Positions 26,001-32,000 of a stretch of 32,000 nt of DNA are shown in pieces; the stretch's first letter is position 1, and the number at the start of each line of letters is the position of its first letter. The notes under the pieces are model-generated. The model was not told the DNA's origin. It made no database searches and saw nothing but the letters and a program-made list of their open reading frames with translations. Location: NCBI RefSeq assembly GCF_001465295.1, contig NZ_CP011034.1, forward strand, positions 600,001-632,000, read 5' to 3'. Both the position numbers and the translations under genes were made by a program. The stretch comes from Pseudoalteromonas translucida KMM 520 (lineage in GTDB: Bacteria; Pseudomonadota; Gammaproteobacteria; Enterobacterales; Alteromonadaceae).

Positions 26001-26105
26001 GCTGTGAGCTTAGGTTTTGGAATTATATTCGCCACCTTCATTACCTTATTGCTGGTACCGGTAAACTATATGCTTATGGAGCGTTTTCAGGGCTGGTTTA
26101 AATAA
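23022..26105 (+). CDS. RND efflux inner-membrane transporter (AcrB/AcrD/AcrF superfamily, HAE-type proton relay)
   Basis: 1027 aa with 12-TM topology and two large periplasmic loops. The TM4 motif LGIVVDDAIVTGENV has the Asp-Asp pair seen in AcrB (LLVDDAIVVVENV). ATGA start/stop overlap with the MFP gene. AAGGAG lies 7 nt upstream. Confidence 0.9.
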   Translation: MIAWFTKNHVAANLLLVTLLLSGLFSLSTKIPIEVFPSFETDMISIRVSLRGATPEDVEQGVTIRIEESVQDLEGIKQIFSRSSEGSGSVTVEVESGYDPRELLADIKSRVDAINTFPGDAEKPIVALAERKREVIAVTVSSDYGEKETREYAEQVRDQILRLPSVTQVELSGVRDYELAIEVSQDTLRQYDLTLAQISNAVANSSSDISAGNLKTQGGDVLISSKGQAYRKDEFASIVVKNQSDGTIIRLGDIATINDDFEETPVRTRFNGKQAAFIDVYRIGPQSAITVADEVKAYINAQQSSLPQGFALSYWDDDSELVKSRIATLTTNALQGGILVLALLTLFLRPAIAFWVFIGIPVSFMGAFIAMPIFGVTLNVMSLFGFILVLGIVVDDAIVTGENVYTHLKTAESGEQAAILGTQEVATPVTFGVLTTVAAFLPLAFIEGARGALFAQIPVVVIPVLLFSLIESKFVLPAHLKYIKLRHQKGKQSKFDLLQQRFADGFESAILKYYQPILNLALRHKLATVSLFVGVFLIILTMITSGWTKFVFFPRIPSETVRVNLTLPAGTPFEVTNKYVIDMSQKAQQLQDKYRDPDTGESVILNILATTGGRGGVSNSGAVRFEITPAEKRDSDIGSRELASEWRELIGVIPGAESLTFRAEIGRSSDPIDVQLSGTSLKVLQDVADHIKTRLSTYPTVFDIADSMSDGKEELQIELTEQGLALGLNRVNVAGQVRNSFFGSQVQRIQRGRDDVRVMVRLPIDERRSVADLQNILINTPAGGSVPLSHVAILITGQSPSTINRIDRYRTLNVTADIEKSNTNMTILQADLSQYLDELMQQYPGVDYALEGEAKEQRESFGSLAWALVFVFFIIYALLAIPFKSYLQPLIVMSVIPFGMIGAVVGHWIMGMELTIMSLLGMLALIGVVVNDSLVLVDYINKKRTEGLELIEVVKLAGASRFRPVMLTSLTTFIGLMPLLFEKATQAQFLIPMAVSLGFGIIFATFITLLLVPVNYMLMERFQGWFK

Positions 26106-26164
26106 GTGTTGGTTTTAGGAAGGTAAAGGTATTAAGTGCTAGGTAATTAAATACACAACATTAA

Positions 26165-26200
26165 ACATCGGGCTGTGAAGACGCAGTTCGATGTATTTTA
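26165..26200 (+). terminator. Weak candidate terminator after the RND operon
   Basis: ACATCG (26165-26170) pairs with CGATGT (26189-26194), with inner CTG/CAG pairing, and is followed by ATTTTA. The stem is imperfect and the T-run is short. Confidence 0.3.
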
Positions 26201-26204
26201 AGGT

Positions 26205-26245
26205 GAAAAATTAAAGACGAAAAATTAAAAGCGAAAGATTAAATA
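26205..26245. repeat. Three imperfect tandem copies of a 13-14-nt A-rich unit
   Basis: GAAAAATTAAAGAC (26205-26218), GAAAAATTAAAAGC (26219-26232), GAAAGATTAAATA (26233-26245). Confidence 0.7.
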
Positions 26246-26291
26246 TTAGGGCGAGTTTGGCTAGAGATTTGATTATAACAACATAGAGCCT

Positions 26292-26486
26292 AAAAGAAGG
26301 TGTTCCCCAAAGTGTGGTGTTGGTGTCAGTCCTGAAACCATAAGGTCTCAGGGCGGGAATCTGCGGTTTACCGTAGGCTTCTCGGTACATGCCGAGCTTG
26401 CACAATAGTATACGAACAGAAACCCTGGTATAAAATTTATCGGCTCAGGGACTTAACCAAGCTCCAGCACCCCAGGGAACAAATCC
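26292..26486 (-). ncRNA. ssrS: 6S RNA (ends approximate, +/-10 nt)
   Basis: The minus strand reads GGAUUUGUUCCCUGGGGUGCUGGAGCUUGGUUAAGUCCCUGAGCCGAUAAAUUUUAUACCAGGG...CGAGAAGCCUACGGUAAACCGCAG...CACCACACUUUGGGGAACACC. The block GUCCCUGAGCCGAUA..U.AUACCA and CCGAGAAGCCU match E. coli 6S RNA (AGUCCCCUGAGCCGAUAUUUCAUACCA, CCGAGAAGCCUUAAAACUGCGAC). The 5' GUUCCC/UGGGGUG pairs with the 3' CACCACA/GGGGAAC as the closing stem. It is divergent from ygfB, as in E. coli. Confidence 0.85.
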
Positions 26487-26770
26487 AGTATATAAGACAT
26501 AATCGAAAGCTTAAACCCCAAAAGCAAAATATTATTTTGTTTGCGTGGTTATTGTGCACATGTAACTGCTTATTTACTTGTGAGTGTGCTTTTTAGCCAT
26601 AAATATGTTTATTATATACTGAGCTTAATAAAGTCATACCACAGCAATAAATAGCTGCCGCTATTAAAGTGTTTAATAGTGCCCCTTAAGCGGTTTGATT
26701 ATAGAATTTATTGGAGTTGCTTTTTATCGAGTGGTAGCATTGCCTTAACTAGCAAAATGAAGATATAACA

Positions 26771-27334
26771 ATGAGCGATTTACCAGATTACGAAGAAGCC
26801 CAATTATTATTAGAAAAAAACGAAATATTTGTATCACCCGCTGAAGCGCACGGTGTAATTAGTGGTTTATTAGCCTGTGGGTTAACGATTGACGACAAAG
26901 AATACCTAGGGCTGTTAAGTGATGTGTTTAACGATGGTGACTCGTTTAGTAATAATTTAAAACAGTTTTTTGGCAGCATTTATAAGCAGGTAGTTGCTAG
27001 CTTTAATGATGAAGAATTTGCGTTTGATTTGTTTTTACCCAGCGACGATGAAACACTTATAGATCAGGCTAATGGTTTGGTTTCTTGGGTTGCAGGTTTT
27101 ATGCTTGGCTTTGGCTTAAAGCAAAAAGATTACGGTAAATTATCAGCCGATGTAAAAGAAGTTATTACCGATTTTAGCGAAATTACTCGCCTTGATACTA
27201 CCTTTGAAGAAACTGAAGAAGACAGCCAAGCACTACATGAAGTGATTGAGTATGTGCGTGTGTCGGCATTACTTTGCTTTGCAGAGTTAGGTAAAGATCA
27301 AAGTACTGCTAGCACTAAAAAAACACTTCATTAA
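26771..27334 (+). CDS. ygfB: UPF0149 family protein YgfB
   Basis: Collinear with E. coli YgfB: SPAEAHGVISGLLACG, DQANGLVSWVAGFMLGFG, EVIEYVRVSALLC, and C-terminal KKTLH. Confidence 0.9.
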   Translation: MSDLPDYEEAQLLLEKNEIFVSPAEAHGVISGLLACGLTIDDKEYLGLLSDVFNDGDSFSNNLKQFFGSIYKQVVASFNDEEFAFDLFLPSDDETLIDQANGLVSWVAGFMLGFGLKQKDYGKLSADVKEVITDFSEITRLDTTFEETEEDSQALHEVIEYVRVSALLCFAELGKDQSTASTKKTLH

Positions 27335-27363
27335 TAGTTTAAAGTTAAACGGGTTTGTTGCAC

Positions 27364-28686
27364 ATGGTTGAAATACAAAAGTCAGAGTTTAAAGCACGTC
27401 GTGAGCGTCTGCTTGCAAAAATGGATAGTAACAGTGTGGCAATTATACCAGCAGCGAGCGAAGTTACGCGCAGCCGCGACACTCACTATGCATTTAGACA
27501 AGACAGTGACTTTTTTTACTTAACTGGTTTTAATGAGCCCGATGCCGTACTCGTACTTGCTCCAAATAGCGACACCCCCAGTATATTATTTTGCCTTAAT
27601 AAAGATAAACTAGCCGAAGTATGGCATGGGCGCAGAATTGGCTTTGAAAAAGCAAAAAACGAATATTTGTTTGATGCAACCCATGGATTAAGTGATTTGA
27701 GCGAACAGTTATTTAATTTGCTCAATGGCAAAGCAGTTTTATATTATGCGCAAGGTGCATATTCGGCTTTTGATGGGCGTGTTTTCTCTTTGCTTAACAC
27801 TCTGCGCAGCGCTCCTAAAAAAGGTGACATAGCGCCAAGTACCATTAAAGATATTCGTTTGTTAATTCACGAAATGCGTTTATTTAAATCACCAAGTGAG
27901 ATAAATATTATGCGCACAGGCTGCGAAATTAGCGCGCAGGGCCATGTTAGGGCAATGTGTTTTGCCCATAGCGGTGCAACCGAGTATCAATTAGAGGCAG
28001 AGCTACATCATCATTATGCAATGCATGGTGCGCGGCACCCTGCGTACGGCACTATTGTAGGCAGTGGCGACAATGCTAATATTTTACATTACACCCAAAA
28101 CAGCGACGCCCTTAAAAATGGCGACCTAGTGTTAATAGATTCAGGTTGCGAGCTACAAGGCTACGCTGCTGATATTACACGCACTTTTCCAGTGAATGGT
28201 AAATTTAGCCCCGAGCAAGCTGCGTTATATAATATTGTTCTTAAAGCGCAAGAAGTGGCGTTTGCAGAAATTAAACCCGGCGGTTACATGTCGCATGCTA
28301 ATGCCTTAGCAATGGCAGTAATGACCCAAGGCCTACTGGATTTGGGTATTTTAACTGGCAACTTTGATGAGTTAATGGCAAAACAAGCCTGTAAAGAATA
28401 TTACATGCATGGTTTGGGGCATTGGTTAGGCCTAGACGTACATGATGTAGGTGACTACAAAGTAAATAACGCTGAGCGTGCATTTGAGCCGGGTATGGTG
28501 CTGACCATAGAGCCTGGGCTTTATATCAGCGAAGATTCAAATGCACCGCAAAAATACCGAGGTATTGGTATTCGTATTGAAGATAACCTATTAGTAACCC
28601 CAAGTGGTTATGAAAACCTCACCCTAAGTGCGCCAAAAACCATAAGCGATATAGAAGCACTTATGCAAAGCAATAAAAGCGCATAA
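27364..28686 (+). CDS. pepP: Xaa-Pro aminopeptidase (aminopeptidase P, M24B)
   Basis: Collinear with E. coli PepP: FRQDSDFFYLTGFNEPDAVLVL, HEMRLFKSP.EI, YGTIVGSGDNANILHYT, DLVLIDSGCE..GYAADITRTFPVNGKF, HGLGHWLGLDVHDVG, YRGIGIRIED. The start is placed at ATG 27364 (MVEIQKSEF, compare E. coli MSEISRQEF) rather than the TTG at 27355. Confidence 0.92.
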   Translation: MVEIQKSEFKARRERLLAKMDSNSVAIIPAASEVTRSRDTHYAFRQDSDFFYLTGFNEPDAVLVLAPNSDTPSILFCLNKDKLAEVWHGRRIGFEKAKNEYLFDATHGLSDLSEQLFNLLNGKAVLYYAQGAYSAFDGRVFSLLNTLRSAPKKGDIAPSTIKDIRLLIHEMRLFKSPSEINIMRTGCEISAQGHVRAMCFAHSGATEYQLEAELHHHYAMHGARHPAYGTIVGSGDNANILHYTQNSDALKNGDLVLIDSGCELQGYAADITRTFPVNGKFSPEQAALYNIVLKAQEVAFAEIKPGGYMSHANALAMAVMTQGLLDLGILTGNFDELMAKQACKEYYMHGLGHWLGLDVHDVGDYKVNNAERAFEPGMVLTIEPGLYISEDSNAPQKYRGIGIRIEDNLLVTPSGYENLTLSAPKTISDIEALMQSNKSA

Positions 28687-28701
28687 GACTAGGAGAAAAA
28701 A

Positions 28702-29892
28702 GTGCCTAAGCAGTTTGATGTTGTTGTTATTGGTGGCGGTTTAGCCGGTGCTAGCTGTGCGTTAAGTGTGGCTAAAATAAATCCCTCGCTTAGTATTGCT
28801 GTTGTTGAGGCTAATGAAGTAAGTAATAACTATCACCCTAGCTTTGATGATAGAAGCATAGCACTTGCTCAGCAGTCGGTAGAGTACTTACAAGGCTTAA
28901 ATTTATTTGCGTTAAATTCACCGTACGCTACAGCAATTAAAAAAGTAAGTGTGTCTGATCGTCACCACTTTGGAAAAGCAGATATTAACTGTGAAGAGTT
29001 TGCTAAAGATGCCCTTGGTTATGTGGTTGAAGTAAACCCGTTTGGCCGCTCGTTACATCAATTATTAAACGCTCAAATAAATATCAGTTTATATTGTCCT
29101 GATAGCGTAAATGCCATTGAGCAGCAATTACATAATAATATAGTTACTTTGCAAAGTGGCGAGCAAATAGCCGCTAAGCTGTTAGTTATTGCCGACGGTG
29201 CACAGTCGCCAACTCGCAGCTTATTTGGGCTTAAGTTTAACACTCAAGCTTATGAGCAAGGGGCTATTATTGCCAATATAGAGGTAGCAGGCGGGCATAA
29301 TAACCATGCTTTTGAGCGATTTACGCAACATGGCCCCATGGCGCTATTACCTATGAGCAACAACCGCTATTCACTAGTGTGGTGTATGCAGCAACAGCAC
29401 GTTGAGCAGCACATGGCACAAAGTGAAGACGACTTTATAAGCGCACTACAAAGTGCCTTTGGTTATCGCGGTGGTCAATTTACTAAAGTGGGTATGCGTG
29501 CTAATTACCCCTTAGTGTATGGCCAAGTAGAATCGCTTATTGCGCACCGCACGGTAGTAATAGGCAATGCTGCACATGCAATTCATCCCATTGCAGGACA
29601 AGGGTTTAATTTAGGCCTGCGAGATGTACAAGTACTTAGTAACTTAATTGCACAGAGCCCAAATGACTTAGGCAGTTATGCATTTACTCGCGAGTATGCA
29701 CAGCAGCGCAGCGCTGATATAAATAACGTGATGACCTTAACAGATGGTTTAGTAAGGCTTTTTTCAAATTCATCACGCATACTGGCACTTGGCCGTAGTA
29801 TTGGGTTGTTTTCGATGGATTTATTCCCCTCTTTAAAAGCGCCATTGGCTAAGCAGTTAATGGGGCAAGTTAAACAAGGTCAAGGTTTATGA
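28702..29892 (+). CDS. ubiH: 2-octaprenyl-6-methoxyphenol hydroxylase (FAD-dependent ubiquinone biosynthesis monooxygenase)
   Basis: GTG 28702 with AGGAG 6 nt upstream. VVIGGGLAGAS (FAD fold), FERFTQHGPMALLPM, YPL, GNAAHAIHPIAGQGFNLGLRDV. Collinear with E. coli UbiH. Confidence 0.88.
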   Translation: MPKQFDVVVIGGGLAGASCALSVAKINPSLSIAVVEANEVSNNYHPSFDDRSIALAQQSVEYLQGLNLFALNSPYATAIKKVSVSDRHHFGKADINCEEFAKDALGYVVEVNPFGRSLHQLLNAQINISLYCPDSVNAIEQQLHNNIVTLQSGEQIAAKLLVIADGAQSPTRSLFGLKFNTQAYEQGAIIANIEVAGGHNNHAFERFTQHGPMALLPMSNNRYSLVWCMQQQHVEQHMAQSEDDFISALQSAFGYRGGQFTKVGMRANYPLVYGQVESLIAHRTVVIGNAAHAIHPIAGQGFNLGLRDVQVLSNLIAQSPNDLGSYAFTREYAQQRSADINNVMTLTDGLVRLFSNSSRILALGRSIGLFSMDLFPSLKAPLAKQLMGQVKQGQGL

Positions 29893-31055
29893 AACAAGCA
29901 CAGGTATGTATTGTAGGTGGTGGCAGCGTAGGGCTTACCTTAGCGCTTGGGTTGGCAAAAGCGGGTATAAGCGTAGTCGTGCTTGACGCTGCGCCAAAGC
30001 AAACACCGCCAACTGACGAGTACGGCATGCGCGTAAGTGCGCTGAGTATTGCAAGTCAAACCTTGCTTGAACAATTAAACGTATGGCCACACATAGTTGC
30101 CTTGCGTGCTAGTGCCTATACCCATATGGATGTGCGCGATGCCGACAGCTTTGGCAAAATAGCTTTTAATAGTGAGCAACTAGAGCTTGATCATTTAGGT
30201 CATATAGTTGAAAACGATATTATTTGCTACGCGCTTATAAAGGAGCTGGAGCAGCAGGCAAATGCTACGCTGATGTTCGACACTTGTTATCAGCAAATAC
30301 ACCAAAGCGAATCGGATGTATTTGTTACTTTAAAAAGTGGTGAGCCAATCATTGCAAAGCTGCTGGTGGCCGCCGATGGTGCTAATTCGGCAATTCGAAA
30401 GCAATTTAATATGGCGCTGAGCTTTAAAGACTACGACCACCATGCATTGGTGGCTACAGTTAAAACTCAAGAGCCACACGCCAATACCGCACGCCAAGTG
30501 TTTTTACCAAGCGGGCCATTAGCATTTTTACCGTTGAGCGATGCCAACACCCATTCAATTGTGTGGTCTACAAACCCAACGCATTGTGAAGAGCTGTTAG
30601 CAATGGACGACAACCAGTTTAACAAAGCCATTATGGCGGCGATAGACGGCCAATGTGGTTTGTGTGAAGTGCAAAGTGTACGCGCTGCATTTCCACTTAA
30701 AATGCGTTATGCCCAGCAATGGGTTGCAGGTAAAGTCGTATTAATTGGCGATGCTGCACATACGATTCATCCGCTTGCAGGCTTGGGGATGAACCTAGGG
30801 TTAAAAGATGCCGCTTATTTAATTGAGTTACTAACAAGTGATAATAAAGAATTTGCCAGCACGCGTACTTTACGTGATTACGAGCGTACCCGTAAACTCG
30901 ATGCGCAAAAACACATTGCCATGATGTACTCTTTAAAAGAGTTATTTGCCGGTGCTAACCCAATTAAAAAACTAATTCGTGGAGTTGGGCTTTCAATGGT
31001 TGATAACTTAGGCCCAATAAAGCATTTGTTTGCTAAAGAAGCGATAGGAAAGTAA
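29889..31055 (+). CDS. ubiI: 2-octaprenylphenol hydroxylase (UbiI/VisC-type FAD monooxygenase)
   Basis: ATGA overlap with the ubiH stop. IVGGGSVGL, LGHIVEN, DYDHHALVATV, LAFLPLSD, GDAAHTIHPLAGLGMNLG. Collinear with E. coli UbiI, and in the same ubiH-ubiI order. Confidence 0.85.
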   Translation: MKQAQVCIVGGGSVGLTLALGLAKAGISVVVLDAAPKQTPPTDEYGMRVSALSIASQTLLEQLNVWPHIVALRASAYTHMDVRDADSFGKIAFNSEQLELDHLGHIVENDIICYALIKELEQQANATLMFDTCYQQIHQSESDVFVTLKSGEPIIAKLLVAADGANSAIRKQFNMALSFKDYDHHALVATVKTQEPHANTARQVFLPSGPLAFLPLSDANTHSIVWSTNPTHCEELLAMDDNQFNKAIMAAIDGQCGLCEVQSVRAAFPLKMRYAQQWVAGKVVLIGDAAHTIHPLAGLGMNLGLKDAAYLIELLTSDNKEFASTRTLRDYERTRKLDAQKHIAMMYSLKELFAGANPIKKLIRGVGLSMVDNLGPIKHLFAKEAIGK

Positions 31056-31099
31056 GCGTATTAGTAAGCGTATTAGTAAGCGTATTAGTAAGCGAATAA
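31052..31099 (+). repeat. 12-nt tandem repeat, four copies (the last degenerate), starting at the ubiI stop codon
   Basis: GTAAGCGTATTA at 31052-31063, 31064-31075 and 31076-31087, then GTAAGCGAATAA at 31088-31099. Confidence 0.9.
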
Positions 31100-31100
31100 A

Positions 31101-31132
31101 AAGCCGTGGTTATTTTAACCGCGGCTTTTTAT
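31101..31132. terminator. Bidirectional rho-independent terminator between ubiI (+) and the AraC-family gene (-)
   Basis: AAGCCGTGGTT (31101-31111) - ATTTT - AACCGCGGCTT (31117-31127), with one G-U position. AAAA lies on the left flank and TTTTT on the right. Confidence 0.75.
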
Positions 31133-31197
31133 TATCTATCTAGAATTAAAGAATTAAGTAACATTTAATTTTTTAGCCAATGTTTTAGATAATATTT

Positions 31198-32000
31198 TTA
31201 AGTAATACTTTTTAGATATTGCAGTGGGGTGCAGTTATACCAGCGTTTAAAAGCACGATTAAATGAACTTTGGTCATTAAAGCCAAGTTTAATTGCTATG
31301 TTACTTAATGGCTCTTTGCCAATACACAGTATTACGCGCCTTTTACGCTCTTGCTCAAGTAAGTCGGCAAACGATATTTGTTCGCGCTTTAAATGACGTT
31401 GTAAGGTGCGCGGGGTCATGTTTAGTGCGCCTGCTGTACGTATTAAACTGCAGTCGATTAAGTCATTTTTAGCCATAAATAACTGGCTAATTTTTTCGGT
31501 TAGTAACTGCTGGCTTTTAAAGCGCGAAAGTTGCTGCTCAGAAACCTGTTTAAGCACTAAGTTAATTTGCGTATTGTCGGTTTTAAATGGCAGTGCTAAA
31601 TAACTGCTCGGAAATACCACTTGGTTATACTGCGCGTTAGTTTTAACAGGGCAGTTAAACCAGCTTGCGAGTGTTGTTTTTTCATTGCTGGTAAAAGCTT
31701 GGGTAAAATAAATAGTACTGGGCGATAGCTGTGGGTTTAATAGTTGCCGAATAACACTTACCCAAGCGGTCATATTACGTAAAATAACCTGTGGGCTGCA
31801 GTTAGCATTAGGTAGCCAACGAATAATTGCCAACTCACCTTGCAGCTCAAACTCTGCCTTACCAATATCTGCAACTAAACTGTCGTAGTTAAGTAGTGCG
31901 GTAATAGCGCTGGCTAAGTTATTACTCGATTCAATTAAGTAACCCAATACCCCAAAGTCGGCAGTACGAATTTGCTGACCAAGCTTAAAGCCAAACAAAG
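31198..32000 (-). CDS. AraC/XylS-family transcriptional regulator, N-terminus beyond the window edge
   Basis: C-terminal double HTH: TPRTLQRHLKREQISFADLLEQERKRR and LSNIAIKLGFNDQSSFNRAFKRWYNCTPLQY. The reading frame is still open at the window end. The apparent start is only a TTG at the edge. Confidence 0.85.
   Translation of the reverse strand, partial: LFGFKLGQQIRTADFGVLGYLIESSNNLASAITALLNYDSLVADIGKAEFELQGELAIIRWLPNANCSPQVILRNMTAWVSVIRQLLNPQLSPSTIYFTQAFTSNEKTTLASWFNCPVKTNAQYNQVVFPSSYLALPFKTDNTQINLVLKQVSEQQLSRFKSQQLLTEKISQLFMAKNDLIDCSLIRTAGALNMTPRTLQRHLKREQISFADLLEQERKRRVILCIGKEPLSNIAIKLGFNDQSSFNRAFKRWYNCTPLQYLKSIT

Noticed and set aside
20316-26105. Annotation of the efflux operon as czcCBA heavy-metal efflux, based on OMF-first gene order
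   Set aside because: The pump's TM4 carries the VDDAIV (Asp-Asp) motif of HAE-type multidrug pumps rather than the DFG..D......E motif of HME pumps. Gene order alone is insufficient.
26211-26405. 64-aa ORF on the minus strand
   Set aside because: It overlaps the body of the 6S RNA gene, and the conserved 6S sequence and structure explain the region better.

Overview
This is a low-GC (about 40% by eye) gammaproteobacterial chromosome segment. Gene content and close collinearity of the proteins with E. coli orthologues suggest a marine Alteromonadales or Pseudoalteromonas-like organism, but the taxon is inference. The window is mostly conserved housekeeping DNA. Left to right it holds: the 3' part of an IS200/IS605-family element (tnpB plus a structured right end); a frameshifted YdhF-like aldo/keto reductase; mepM; tyrS; a CobD/CbiB-family gene abutting mtnN; a DUF2726 protein; folE2; arcB and arcA (convergent, 4 nt apart); rsmC; trmB; mutY-yggX; a BarA/GacS-type hybrid kinase; a tRNA Phe-Thr-Phe-Thr-Phe array; an OMF-MFP-RND efflux operon; 6S RNA (ssrS); ygfB-pepP-ubiH-ubiI; and a partial AraC-family regulator. 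I see no CRISPR array, prophage, toxin-antitoxin pair, defence island or other convincing new multi-gene system. The points most worth a second look are: (1) the TnpB element, with an intact RuvC triad and a predictable right-end/guide junction about 50 nt upstream of a broken reductase gene; (2) 6S RNA without its usual zapA and ygfA neighbours, convergent with the efflux operon; (3) arcB and arcA tail-to-tail with no terminator, plus a 760-nt non-coding arcA upstream region; (4) a perfect 278-nt-period tRNA duplication with two tRNA-Phe isodecoders that differ by compensatory acceptor-stem changes; (5) several short tandem or inverted repeats. All coordinates of RNA ends, promoters and terminators were read by eye and are approximate.
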